A stretch of DNA of 64,000 bases from the human T2T-CHM13v2.0 reference genome, Homo sapiens. Numbering within the stretch: the stretch's first letter is position 1; the number at the start of each line of letters is the position of its first letter. The position numbers and the translations under genes were made by a program. The notes under the pieces are model-generated. The model did not search any database and was not told where the DNA came from. It saw nothing but the letters and a program-made list of their open reading frames with translations. Below, in pieces: positions 41,103 through 55,878 of this stretch. Location of the stretch: assembly GCF_009914755.1 (NCBI RefSeq), contig NC_060938.1. One strand, given 5' to 3'.

Positions 41103-42082
41103 TACAACAAATATATGAAAAAATGTTCAACATCACTCGTCATCAGGGAAATGCAAATTAAAACCACAATGAGATACCACCTTATCCCAGCCAGAATGGC
41201 CATTACTAAAAAGTCACAAAACAATTGATGTTGGCACAGACATGGTGAAAAGGGAACACTTATACACTGCCGGTGGGAATGTAAATTAGTACCACCCCTA
41301 TGGAAAACAGTATGGAGATTTCTCAAAGAACCAAAAGTAGGTCAACCATTCAATCCAGCAATCCCACTACTGAGTAAAGGCAAAGAAGTCATTCTATCAA
41401 AAAGACACCCGCACGTGTATGTCTACTGCAGCACAATTCATGATTGCAAAGATATGGAACCAACTTAATGCCCATCAACCAATGAGTGGATAAAGAAAAT
41501 GTGGTGAACCCCATCTCTACTAAAAATACAAAAAATTAACCAGGTGTGGTGGCAGGTGCCTGTAATCCCAGCTACTCGGGAGGCTGAGGCAGGAGAATCA
41601 CTTAAACCCAGGAGTGAGCCGAGATCGTGCTACTGCACTCCAGCATGGGCGACAGTGAGACTCTGCCTCAAAAAAAGAAAAAGAAAAGAAAAAGAAAATG
41701 TGATATATATATACACCATGGAATATTACTCAGTCATAGAAAAGAATGAAATAATGTCTTTTTGCAGCAACTTGGATGGAGCTGGAGGCCATTATTCTAA
41801 GTGAAGTAGCTCAGGAATGGAAAACCAAATACATGTCATCACTTACAAGTGGGAGCTAAGCTATGGGTATGAAAAGGCATACAGAGTGATACAATGGACT
41901 TTAGAGACTCAGAAGGGAAAGAGTGGGAAGGGTTGCGGAAAAAAAACTACATATTGGGTAAAATGTACACTACTCCGGTGATGGGTGCACTAAAATCTTA
42001 GACTTCACCACTAAACAATTTATCCATGTAACCAAAAACCATTTGTACTCCAAAAGCTATTGAAATTAAATATATATATAAA
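41103..42082 (+). mobile_element. 5'-truncated primate L1 (L1PB-like) 3' end
   Basis: atcagggaaatgcaaattaaaaccacaatgagataccac...atggaaaacagtatggagatttctcaaagaa...tatccatgtaaccaaaaacc; TSD aataagatc(c/t)ttca at 41089-41102 and 42082-42095. Confidence 0.92.
41503..41697 (+). mobile_element. 5'-truncated Alu inserted in the L1
   Basis: Linker plus right arm; TSD aaagaaaatgtg. Confidence 0.92.
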
Positions 42083-43457
42083 ATAAGATCTTTCACTGTC
42101 TAGAAATCCAAGACCCCAAACCCTGTGAGCCAAGCCCCTACGGCACACCACGACTCACTTAGCTCTGGTTCTGCCTCGCTTGCTAATAATACATTCCGAA
42201 AACATGTAGTGAGCACCTTATCTTGATCAGACTGGGTGCCGAGGCCAGAAAGGTGAACAAGACTGGGCCCTGCAGAGGGAGAAGCCCTGGCCAGTGGGGG
42301 TTCCCACATTCCTAGAAACCATTTTCCAAGCAGGGAATTAGGTCTTCAGTGAGGGTTAGGGCTGGCAAACTTTGGTTGGTACAATGAACAAACAGCTCAT
42401 GGGAAATGAGTGGTTAGGGGGAACTGTGGAAATGGCATTTAGTATATAATAGCCTAGTAAATCAAGTTCTAAAAGGCTTCCAAACCAGCCAGACGTGTTG
42501 GTGGGAAAAATCCCCTCAGGAAGGTAACCCTTCTGAATTAACCATGTAGGATGCTGTGCAGAGGCCCAATCTGCTGAGGCAGAGCCTCCAAGAAGTTTCA
42601 GGTTTTTGGAGGTTTAGAACCAGCTCTCGCCGGCTTCACTCGCATCCTCTCTTGTTTTCACAAGTCTCGGCAAGATGCCTGGAACTACCTGGCTTCCTCA
42701 CGGAAATTAAGCATTGTGTTTTGAGCTGAGTGTTTGCATTATGGGATTGAAGTATGTAGACTCCTCTCCTCTCTCTCCATTCCCCCAAAAGTCACCCCTA
42801 AATGGTCCATGATGGTGGCTTCCAGTGCCTGTCTATGAATGGGACAGTTCTGACAGTTTTTACCCATCTGCCATAAAGTCAGGAAAAGAAACACTTTCCT
42901 GGGTTGTTTCTTTTTCATAGGCTATATTTTTCCCATCTAAAGAGTGTCTTTTGAGATGATGTCTTTTCTACATTTTTGGAGTTAAAATGTTCTTTTTAAT
43001 TAAAGGTGATGACAAGTGGTAATTAGTTTTGTTTTTTGTTTTTTCCTGATGGCTTCACTTGGAAAAATGAAAAGCTGGCCACTGCATGTTGGTACTTAAG
43101 ATATTTTTGGAAACATTACTGATGCATGAAGTCCAGTGACCCTTCGGGAGGGAGGGGCAATCGTGGTTGTGTGTCCTTTTGTTTAAAGGAGACTGAAGTG
43201 AAACATTCCTATGCCAAATGAGCATGATTTCAAAACTTAAATATCCAAAAGGAAATCGGCCATCTCAGAATCTCCAGTGGCAGAGGCTATTGCTTAGAGC
43301 AAAGAAGGAAACGCTGAGGTCCCAGGAGAGGCAGTTCCATGCGGTGCTGTGGGAATTTTAAGAGAGAAAACCTCCATCCATGGTGGGCCAGCGAGTCTTC
43401 ATGTTTTGCCCTTGGAGTTTGATGCCTCCAATTTTTCCTCAATAGTAGAGATCCTAG

Positions 43458-43755
43458 AGGTGGGTGCGGTGGCTCACGCCTGTAATCCCAGCACTTTAGG
43501 AGGCTGAGGCTGGAGGATTGCCTTAGTCCAAGGGTTGCCCAGCCTGGGCAACAGACCAGGCCTTATACTTATATATTTTGTAGAGTGGGACCCCATCTCT
43601 ACAAAAAAAACTTTAAAAATTAGCTGGGTGTGATGGTGCACACCTCTAGTCTTAGCTACTTGTGAGGCTGAGGTGGGAGGGATCACTTGGGCTCAGGAGT
43701 TTGAGGCTGCAGTGAACCATGATGGTGTCAGTGCACTCCAGCCTGGGCAACAGAC
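43458..43755 (+). mobile_element. Alu (AluJ-like), internally rearranged and tailless
   Basis: Alu body with a 32-bp ectopic duplication and an inverted patch (see findings). Confidence 0.9.
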
Positions 43756-44619
43756 CAGGCCTTATACTTGAGAAATCAACCTAGTATGGGTTATGTGGTT
43801 CTAATGAATCTCCACTTGATTATTGGTCCGTTTATCAAGCATGATACCGCGATGTCCACATTTAGCCTGCGGGAGTTGATCTGCAGAAGACGGAATACCC
43901 CCCAGCCCCTGGGACAGTACCCTCGGACAACCGGAAGACTACACTGTGACGAAGCCTCCTCGCTTGCCAATGCCAGTCTCTAGCCATTCGTAATTTGGGC
44001 TCCTCCAGGACCCTTTCTTTTCCACACCCCCCTGGCCCGCTCTTCACTGAGCATTAGAGAGGTGGAAAGTCCCAGCTTTGGGTGTTCCGCTCTGTGGAGT
44101 CAGCAGGACGCCAAAAGAGGAAGAAAACTCCTGAAATTGCTTTAAAAGCAAGAAATAAAAGGCATTGTTCCCCTAATCTCCCCATGTTCCTAGCTGAGCC
44201 CCTTCTCCCTTCACTCCACCCCAGAACAGTCAACAGAGGTTTGCTCAGATTTTCCACACAAAACCCCTACTTTTGGGAAGGGACCAAACTCAGAATGGGC
44301 AGGCCTGGGAGAGATTCTAGAAACAGCCCCTCCCGACCACCCCATGCAGGCTGCTCCTACCATCTGCTCAGAGCCCCTGCTCATTGGCTACTGGGTAGTA
44401 GCAAGAACACGGGGTCGGGGGCAGGAGGATTGGTTTGGTTTGACCCCAGCTCTGCTACATCTCAGCTGCATGACCTTGGACACATGTCATCTCGCTGAGA
44501 TGTCTCCACCAGTGTGCCAGTGGCCTCGTCCACGATATGGGGCTGATAATTCTTGCTTCAAAGAGCTGTTGTGAGTGTCAGCTGAGCACCTGGACGTGGG
44601 TGTACTTTGTACTCTCTAA

Positions 44620-44840
44620 AGCTGTGCTGTTCAAGAGAGTCTCACACTGTAGCCACGAACTGTATGTGGTTATTTAAATTTAAATGGATTCAGATTAAAT
44701 AAAATTTAAAATTCAGTTCCTTCAGTCTCACAAGCCATATTTCAAGTGCTCGATACCCACATGTGGCTCAGGGCTACCACACTGGACAGCAAGATATAGA
44801 ACATTTCCATCATCACAGGAAGTTCCACTGGCCAGCACAG
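44620..44840. mobile_element. MER3/MER33-like hAT-Charlie element
   Basis: atttaaatttaaat...gccatatttcaagtgctc...cacatgtggct...atagaacatttccatcatcacagga. Confidence 0.75.
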
Positions 44841-44952
44841 CAAAGCCTAAAACAACAACAAAACTAACCACTCCCCCAGAGGCCAGATGGCCTCTGAGCT
44901 TCTTGGCTATGACCCTTTCCCCAGGAAAGGGCAATGTCAACTCAGGCCCTCA

Positions 44953-45189
44953 GGATAAAAATCCAATCTAGCTTATAGGGCTGTTGTGAGGATTAAAAAT
45001 GAACAATATGAAGCGCTTAGAATGGTACCTGGCGCACAGTAAGAGCTATCACGTTCATATCATTCATCCCCAAAACCAACTCTATATAGATTGTTATGCC
45101 CATTTTATGGACGAGGCCCTGTGGCTAGAAAAGGCCCAGTCACTTGCCCCAGGACACAGAGCTGGGACTCAAACACGTCTCCAGGGATC
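44953..45189 (+). repeat. Dispersed duplication copy A (MIR-derived, 237 bp)
   Basis: Matches 50062-50299 except for 5 substitutions and a 1-nt indel. Confidence 0.97.
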
Positions 45190-46986
45190 AAGCCCTGGTT
45201 ACAGAGATAAACAACCAAGGGCCATGGTGCTGGGTGGGGACTGCTTTCTAGGTGTCAAATATAGCCAGGCCCCTCCCCACTGCCACCCTACCCCCCGGGC
45301 AAGGCGTTTGTCATCGGCTCTCTCTCCTGGGCCCCAGAGACACCTTTGCCCTCCATCTATGACCCGTTAGATAGAGGAGGCACCAACTTCAGGGTGGGCC
45401 CCTTTAGCCTCTCCCTTCCTCAGTGGCTTCCAGTGCCACCCGCTCTGGTCTGGGGGAAGAACTTCAACTCCAGACTCTGGGCCCAGCCCCCCATTCCTGA
45501 AGCTCAGCTGCTTCCCAGGTTAAACCTCCATTTTCCCTAAAATCTGTGCCAGTGGGATGCTAAGACCCTATCCACTGAGCCACCCGATCCCCTCCTCAGG
45601 CCGGGGCCCTGTCCCCTTTCACAGCTAGAGGCCTTCGCAGACGGGACAGTTTGCACCTCATCCACAGTATTTACCTCAGACACCCCTGGGCATCCAACTT
45701 GGGACCCTCACCTGGAGACCTCAGTTTGTCCCTGGAATCTGCTTACTGGGGGGTCCACCTGTGGCCCTGAGCTGTTTCTCCACAACCTTGACTTTTGGTT
45801 TCCACAGGAAGGAGAGGGACCCTGATGTCAGAGATCCCCTAGCCCAGGGAATCCCTGTCTGGCTCACACCCACACTCGGAATCCACCCTCGGAATCCACC
45901 TCAGAATCGCTCTCTCCACTCTCAAGCTCTGCCCAGGGGCTGTGTCTCCCAGGCCCTGACTGAGGACCCGAGCCCCCAGGCTGTGGGAGAAGTCAGGGCC
46001 TCAGGGGCTCACCCAGCTCCCACACAGCTGTGCCAGGACCATGGCTCAGGACGGCTGGAAACTGCACTGGGGCTCAGGGGCCGGCCAAGTGCCCAGCTCC
46101 AAAATAGCAGTTGTGTTCGCATAAAACCTCCTAATGAGAGAAAGATGCCGTTCTTGGCCCCTCACTTGCTCTCTGCAGACGCTGTCTGGCAGACCAAGCG
46201 GGCCTCTACCGTTTGGGTTTGGCGGCTGGAGGGGAGGAAGGGGAGGTGTGAGTCAGACCTTGGCCCCCAGCCCTTCAGCATGGACCGCCCTGTTAATTGC
46301 ATTAACAAATGCTGCAACACTGGGCCAGGTCAGGGCTGGGGAGCCGCGGGGCCAGGGGCTGGGGCAGAGAGCAGCCCCAATCCCACCGGCTCCAGCAGGC
46401 ATGAGGAGGAAGACTCTGGGCCCAGCTCATGGCCCAGGGCTGAGAGGCCTAGGCTCCTCTCCAGCTGCTGCCCCAAAGCAGAGAAGAGTTGTCTGTCCAT
46501 CCCCACAGTCCCAAGGCTTGTCTGGGAGGAAGCCTCAGTGCCAGAGGGGCCCCAGAGGTGAGACAGGCTGGGAGGGGTCCCTGGGGATGAGTCTTTTCCA
46601 GAGAAGCAGCTTCCAGGGGAGACAGTTCTAGGCTGGAGTGGAGCCAGCCATCCTCCCACAGCAGCACCAGCCCCGCGCCCAGGCCCAGGATGGTCGGGAA
46701 GGATGAGAACACCACCCCAAACACTGACAAATCAGAGAGGCCAGGGCAGGGGCATGAAGGACAGTGTGGCCCTGCAGTCGGAGACCCATGTTTGAGTTCT
46801 GACTGTGGGATCTCACCTGGGGCCAGTTTCATCACCTCTGTGAGCCTCAGTGTTCTTCTCTAGAAAACAGTAATGCATTCAAACGCACGATTTGCCAGGA
46901 TGGCAAACAAGAGAGACTGTCCTTTTGGGGCTTACAATTTAGTCAGAGGGACTGTCACTCAATAGGTAAACAAAGAAGTGGAGCAG

Positions 46987-48290
<1,304 letters not shown>

Positions 48291-50061
48291 GAGTGAGCCC
48301 CGGGCATTACTGTTAGTATTGCATGTCAATTGTCGGGCACAGTGCCTGCTGGCACTCAATACCCAGGGGCAGTTCATGCTCCGCTTGGCTCCTATGGCCT
48401 CCCTCTTTGGGGTGAGGGATTTGGAAGGTCTGGGGAAAGTCCTGGGGAAGCCCAACATTAAGACGTCAGGTAGAGAGGGAGAAGCCAGTGAAGGAGACTG
48501 AGAAGAGGCAGCTGGGGATGGAGGGAGGAAACTGCCAGCCACCCATGCCATCATTTCCCCACTCAGCTCTTTGATAAACAGGTCCCAAGCATGTACAAAG
48601 GACACAGGTGTGGAGAGAGGGCCAGGCACTCCACTGGTGTCAGCAGGACACAGCACCTGGCTTCAGGAAGCTCCCAGTCAAGGACATCTCCTAATCACCT
48701 CGTTGGACAAAGAGCCTCAGGGTAACCTGCTCCCCAGGAAGATCTCCCCAGGAAGGGTACCCCCATGCAGGGGTAAGAAATGGACAGGGTCTCTTGATGA
48801 GAGTGCACCCTACATATCAGCTGGGTTCCACTGAGGTCATATAATTATTACCCTTCGCCACCTCCCACCTTCCTCTCCACCACTCCCTGCCAACTTCAGA
48901 GTCCCCACTGGCTGGTTCATCCGGAGATGAGACTTTCCTGGCTCCTGGTTCCTGGCTCCTGGTGGGTGCTAACCAGTCAGTGAAGATGAAAATCCTACCC
49001 TTGCCCTTACTCCTTTTCCTAAGGCTTGTTAAGCATTTCCCACAGCGAGGTGCTGCGCTCACTGCTTTACATGTATTACCTCACATAAACATCTCATTCT
49101 TATAACTACACTGGGTACTACTCTCATCCTCATCTGACATATGGGGAAACTGAGGCAGAACCATCAACAACTTGCCCAAGATCACCATGCTAGTAAGTGA
49201 TGGAGCAAGGGTTTGAACTCAGGGAGCCTGACTCCAAAGCTGGGGCTCTTAGCCACCTTGCCACAGTCTTCCACTTTGGGATGTGGTTGTCATGAATGGG
49301 GCAAACAGGCTCCCTCAAGGAAGCCAAGGAGGAGCTCAGATCAGGAGAGACAGGGTTCTCGTAGGACTGAGATGGGGACTTGGGGAAATGCCATTCCATT
49401 GCCCACGTGATACACGCAGAGAAATGCTCAGGCCCACTCCAGCGTCACCATCCCCAGGATCCCCTGAACACCGTGGGGAGTTTCTGGAAGGGCTGATAGA
49501 ACTTGGGCAACAGAAAGGGCTCTCTCAGGCACACGGCCGGGATAGGCTCTGTATTATTCAGTATACACTTATGGACCCTTTACCTTGTACCCAGCGTGCT
49601 GCCTGCTGAGGGTGGTGAGACACAGTCCCTGCCCTCAAAATCAAGGCCAAACATGTATAGAGTGCATCGCACATGCCAGGCCTTGAGCTAAACATCTGAC
49701 CTAAGTGACGGTGTTTGTTCCTTACAACTCTGGGAGACAGGGCCCAATGTTGATCCCAGTTTACAGAAGAGGCAACCGAGACACAAAGACTTTAAGCAGC
49801 CTGCCCATAGCCCCTCAGCCACGTGGTGGAGCTGAGAGCTGACATTTAAACCCAGGCAGTCCAGCATGGTCTCCTGATCTAGCATTAAAATACCAGCTAA
49901 ACTTAGCCTGCGCCAGGCTGTCTACACACATTTACTCATTTATCAGAAAGCACAGAGCTAAGCCCTCGCACTCTGGAACCAGGCTACCTGGATTCATGTC
50001 TGGGCTCTGATGAGTCTCAGAGGCATGACTCGGACAGACAGCCGACCTCATTTGTAAATGG

Positions 50062-50299
50062 GGATAAAAAATCCAATCTAGCTTATAGGGCTGTTGTGAG
50101 GATTAAAAATGAACAATATGAAGTGCTTAGAATGGTACCTGGTGCACAGTAAGAGCTATCGCGTTCATATCATTCATCCCCAAAACCAACTCTATATAGA
50201 TTGTTATGCCCATTTTATGGACGAGGCCCTGTGGCTAGAAAAGGGCCAGTCACTTCCCCCAGGACACAGAGCTGGGACTCAAACACGTCTCCAGGGATC
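50062..50299 (+). repeat. Dispersed duplication copy B (within continuous MIR-like sequence)
   Basis: See copy A; MIR-like text continues on both sides (ctcatttgtaaatgggga upstream, catgctcttaa downstream). Confidence 0.97.
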
Positions 50300-51904
50300 T
50301 GGTGCCAGAATCCAAAGTACATGCTCTTAATCTCGAGCCTTGCTGCTGGGGGCAGGAGTGGGAGAGTAACTTGCCTGCCCCCTCCTCGACAGCTGCAGGG
50401 ATTCTCTTCTGTCCTCCCCAAAGCAGCCCCAGCCCCTGTGCGTCCAGGCTGAGATAAAATGAGAAGTCTAGGGAGTATTCAAATCCCCTTCCCCAGTTGG
50501 GGTGGGGTTGGGCGGGAGCCAGTCTGGGAAGAATGGACAGTCTTCCAAAAGCTGCAACTATAAACAGGACACTGTCACTCCACACCCTCCAGTTCTTCCC
50601 CTCTGCTGGGCAGGGCCCGGCAGGCCGCAATCAGCTGCCTCCACAAATACATAAACACATAAGTCCCGAGAGAGAGCTGGCAAAGCTACAGAAGGAAAGG
50701 CAGATACCAAGACTGGAGGAGGAGATGGCGGCCCAGCTCTAGCCCCCGCCAAGGTGGAAGGAGGGGCTGGGCTTCCAGCAATGGGCACCTGCAGAACAGG
50801 GCGGAAGGAGGGCAGGCCCGGGAGATGGACTGGTGTGTGACAGTGACCTGGGATTGATTCTGCCAGAGGCAAGAGAGGGCAACTGAGCAGGAGCCAGCAC
50901 TCCCTGAGCATGGGCAGTGGGTTGGGCCCACAGATATCTGGGAGAGACTGAGTCTCCCTGTGGTTCTGGCACTAGACTTTACTCTTGGCAGTGGGGGATG
51001 TCAGCCCCCATCTCTCACTGGCCCAGGAAGGCATCCCTTCATGTGTGAAACTGCTAGGACAGAATCATGAACATTCCCCAACATTGGCAGTCTCTGCCCC
51101 AGCCAGGAGGGCAGCTGTTGGGAGGGGAGAGGGAGGTGCGGAGCCACAGGGGTGGGGGAGAGCCAGCTGACGGGGTGTGGAGCCAAGAGCCCCACCTTCT
51201 GCGGAGCTCTGGATGAAGCCATCCAGTGCCAACACCCCACCGCCCGCCTGCGTGGGTTCTCATTAGGCTTATTAGCAGCCAAATAGCAACAAGCAAACAG
51301 CACAGGGACCAGTTAATGAGCACACAGCCCTGCCACGGGCGAGCCAACTTCAAGTGGGAGGGGCTGTTGCCCACTGGCAACTCCCTTCAGGAGAGCAGCT
51401 GGCCTGTATGCCTGGGTCAGGGTGGGTGACCGGGGGCAGCAGGGTGAGACGGCCAGGGAGAGAAATACCAGGGGAGAAGGTATGGCAGCATCCTACCTCA
51501 GCATCCTGGCGCAGCACCCACTGGGGCACAAGGATGCCCCCACACACATGCACTGGTACTGTAACAGTATGCAAACTCACTCAACCTTGAGTTTCTAGGG
51601 TTGAAACTCCAGTTTGGCAGAGAATAACACTGGAACATCACTAGCAAGTTAGGAAACCGAGAACCTCCAGGGCTGGAGGGCCCAAGTGAGACCTATGCCC
51701 AGACCCCTGGGGCAGCTGGGGAAAGGCCCACCCCCTATGAAGCCACCCGCTGCAGCTTCAGCTCAAACCTCAGCAACATTCTCCATCAGCCAACGCTGCC
51801 TCCCAACCTCCCAACAAAGGCTAAGCTCTCTCAAACATACCAACCCTCTTCCTCACCTCCAAGTCCCAGTCCCTCCTGCCCAGGCCTCCTGAGTCCTGGA
51901 AGGC

Positions 51905-52060
51905 CCTGCTACTCAAAGTGTGGTCCCTGGGCCAGCAGCGTCAGCGTTCCTGGGAGCTGGTTAGAACATAGAATATCCGCCCCACCCCAGATCTGCTGAA
52001 TCAGAATCTTCTCTTTGATGTGATTCCTAGAGGGTTGGGGGAACATTCAAGTTTGAGGAG
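51905..52060. mobile_element. MER5A-like element
   Basis: gctactcaaagtgtggtccctgggccagcagc...ccccagatctgctgaatcagaatc...aagtttgag. Confidence 0.8.
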
Positions 52061-52347
52061 GGCCCCCAAGGCAGATCTTCCTATGACTGACCCCCAACTC
52101 TGCTCAGTGATTTTTGACCACACCTAGAATCACCTGGGATGCTGTTAAAAAAATTACAGTGCCAGGCCCCAGCCCCAGAGCCTCTGCTTAGCATAAAGCC
52201 ACCTGGCCGCCCACATCCCTGGCTTCTCTACCCAGAGGAGTTGCTCAGAGCTGATTTTGAGTCTCAGGTTCTTTTCCAATAAGGTGTGTGGCCTTGAGCA
52301 AGTCACCGCCTCTCTGAGGCTCACTTTCTTCTTTAAAATTATGAGGG

Positions 52348-52500
52348 GCTGGGCGTGGTGGCTCACACCTGTAAGCCCAGCACTTTGGCAGGGTGAGGTG
52401 GGAGGATCACTTGAGGCCAGGAGTTCGAGACCAGCCTAGCCAACATGATAAAACCTTGTCTCTACAAAAAATTAATTAATTAATTAAATAAAAATAAATA
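52348..52500 (+). mobile_element. Alu left monomer (FLAM/AluJ-like)
   Basis: Single arm plus A-rich tail; TSD atgaggg. Confidence 0.88.
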
Positions 52501-54190
52501 ATGAGGGACAAGTGTTTCTCCCCACCGGTGCCCCTGACCACTGAGGGCCTGACCTCTGAGCCGCCCCCAGGCATCCACGTTCCCTGAAAAGGAAAGGGTG
52601 TTTAAGCAGATCTGCTTCGTTGTTTGTTTTTGAGTTTTTGGCTCTGGTTCTGTTATTTGGAGGTCCTAGGAGGGACCCAAAATTCTGCCTGAGCTGCATC
52701 TTCAAACAGGCAGAGGGTCAGGGCCACGAGGCCTGAGGCAGAAGCCAAGAGCTTGGTGAACCCATATCTCCAGACTCGCGGGAATGGGAGCAATCGCATC
52801 GCATCCCATCAAGTGGGGTGTTAGGACAACCACGTTATCATACGTTATCATAGAATAACGTATGATGTTCCCAGATGAAGGCATCCATCATGCTGGGAAC
52901 ATCATACGTTTTTTCACACACCTGGACTATTAGCTGTGAAGCCCTCCTACCGAGAAGGGCCTGGGGCTGGTCCTTGAAGGAAGGGAGCTGTTGAGACTGA
53001 GGCTTTGCAGCCAGGCTTGGGACTGGCAGAGGCAGGGGCAGTCACCTGAAGGATAGTCAGGTGGAGTTCCTGGGGAGCTGATGTGGACCCAAGAGGGGCC
53101 TGTGGGAGGAAGGAGAAAGATCCAACGGGCTCCCTCAGACTCCCATATCTGCTATGGTCTGTGGGGATTCCACACTCTGGAATATCCAGGCCTCGCTGGT
53201 GTCGGGAGTGAACGAAGCCCAGGAGATCGGAGCCTGGAGTTCTGGAGTCAGTCTGCCTGGGTCCAGCCCGAGCTCAGCACTTGCAGCAGCAGAGCTTGGC
53301 CGTGTTTCCCAAGCAACCCGAGCTTCAGCTTCCTTATCTGTAAGCCACGATGATAAGCATACACCTACTTCATAAGATGATTGACAGGTCGAACTAAGAT
53401 AATGCATGTGAAGAGCTTAGCGCAGTGTGGGGCACTAGTACATACTCAGTTGTTAGCTAATAGTAGCAGTAGCAGTAGCAGTGACAGCAATAGTACCATC
53501 ACCTCCAGTTCACAGATGCAGAAAGTGAGGCCCAGAAATGAAGGTAAGATACCTGGCAGCAGGGTACAGGTATTAAGAAGAGGGACCCTGGTGTCAGGTT
53601 GTCTGGATTCAAATCCTAGCTCTGCACTTCCTGACTACATGACCTTGGACAAGTTACCTGATTGTGCTTCACGTTCCTCATCCACCCGCCACAGAGGATG
53701 TTTAAAGTGCACCCTGCACAAAGTGAGTGCTATGAAGGTACTGGCTCTTGTTGTTGTTAATGCTCCTGATACCATCAGTGGAAGAGGCTCAGGTGTGAAG
53801 GCTCTAGCTCTTCCTAACTCACTCCTTGGTTTCCACAAAATAAGATGGCTTTTCTCTCCTTCGAGCCAGCCTGCCAGGCATCAGAGCAGTCCAAGGGGAG
53901 ACGGCTCCAGGCATGGGTCACAGTGTCATCTGACCATCCTGGTAGAGTGGCTAACAGAGGCCAGGGCCATTGGGCCAGGGGCCAGGGCAGAGGTGGATTC
54001 TCATCACATGCTACATGAATGGTGCCCTTGGAAATGTGGGATGCGGAGGCTCTGGGCCAGGCATGTTCTGCAGAACATAGGTGCATGCAGTCTCCTGAGA
54101 CCCTGCCGGCAGTGTGAGTGGGGCCAACACAGTAGGACAGCAGGAGGGAGTGCAGGAAGCTTTGAAAACACAAGCAGTGATTTGATTTGA

Positions 54191-54510
<320 letters not shown>

Positions 54511-54717
54511 CAGCTAGAGGCATTTTTAAACCTCTTCCCTTCCATTGGATGTTGCCTCCACTTTAAATAGGGGCTGCATCTTCAGGACGCAGACTAGGAA
54601 AGACGCTTCTGCTCCAGGTTCTGGAGTACCTAAGCTTGACCTGCCCTGGGAGTAGGGTGGGGAATGGCACTTCACGTTTGATAGAGCGGAGTGTCTGCTA
54701 CTGGTGGAGGCACTCAC

Positions 54718-54788
54718 GTTTGATACAGTGGTTGGTGCTGTTTGCTGTTGTCCATCCTGGGCAGCACTGTCCCCCGCAGACGTTCCTC
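54718..54788 (-). CDS. LTBP2: LTBP2 exon 2 (71 nt), (G)[23 protein letters not shown](P)
   Basis: Read manually; not in the ORF track. Acceptor ccccacag|G at 54790-54789, donor AAAC|GTGAGT at 54717. Phase 2 to 1 joins exons 1 and 3 in frame. Confidence 0.97.
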
Positions 54789-55641
54789 CTGTGGGGTCAC
54801 CAAAACAGAGTCAACACAAGGATGCTCAGAGCTGGGGACTATTCACAGCCCCTCCGACAGTCCCACCTTCTACAGGCAGGGCCTGGAGGAACATGGAGAG
54901 GCTGGGAAGGCTGTCCCTATTCTACTTGCAAATCTAAGATTGAATCCTGACTCTGCCATTCTCTGCACATCCCTGGGAAACCTCACTCTCTCCATCTGTA
55001 CAATGGAGATAACAATAGCTGCTTAATTGAGTTGTTATGATGGTTAAATGAGGTGAGAATGTTTAACATCTGACATAAAGAAGGCAGTCCACTGGGGCAA
55101 CAATGACAGTGATCCTAAAGCTAATAAGCCACTTCAGAGAGGTTCAGTGACTTGCCAATTCCACACAGCAGGTAAGTGCCAGAGCCTGATTCAAACCTGG
55201 GTTGGCCCAACTCTAAGCCATGCTCCAACTCTACATTGCCTCTCACCAAAAAAAAAAAAAAAAAAAAAAAACCACACACACAAAAAAACACCATGGTCGT
55301 TGCCCTACCAATGCTGACGATCCAAGGGAGGCTGGAAGACACACATAAAACAGTCTCAAGGTCATACGAGGTGTTACCTGCCAACGAATGCACACTGAGG
55401 AGTCTCAGCCCCCGGCAGTCTGGTGCGTGGGAAGGCTGAGCCCTGAGTGGGCACTGAAGGAACAGGGCTCTAGAATTCCTGGTTAAGAGGTGCTTACAAG
55501 GTGGCAAGCTGGTAGGAGGATGGGGCTGGGGATGTGGGTTAAGCTGCCTCTGCACAATTTTTATGTGGAGGCACAATTTTTATTTGAGAGGCAAACAGGA
55601 CTTACTCTATAGCGAAATAGAGTTCTTCCATCAACTACTCC

Positions 55642-55878
55642 TTTTTTTTTTTTTTTGAGTCTCACTATATCGCCCAGGCTGGAGTGCAATGTCGTGATCT
55701 CGGCTCATGGCAACCTCAGTCCTGCCACCATGCCTGGCTAATTTTAAAAATATTCTTAATAGAGATGGGGTTTCACCATGTTGGCCAGGGTGGTCTCAAA
55801 CTCCTGAGCTTAGGTGATCCACCCACCTCGGCCTCCCAAAGTGCTGGGATTATAGGTGTGAGCCACTGCGCCCAGCCC
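55642..55878 (-). mobile_element. Alu with an internal deletion in the right arm
   Basis: TSD tca(a/g)ctactcct; the ggttcaagcgattc...gggattacagg block is missing. Confidence 0.92.

Noticed and set aside
44999-45370. Apparent paralogous peptides MNNMKRLEWYLAHS and MNNMKCLEWYLVHS (50109)
   Set aside because: The similarity comes from the 237-bp DNA duplication of MIR sequence, and the frames diverge outside it.
45761-46561. 266-aa ORF, and the 269-aa ORF at 53381-54190
   Set aside because: Non-ATG starts, no recognisable domain or splice structure; the second overlaps MIR-like sequence and an (AGT/AGC)n run.
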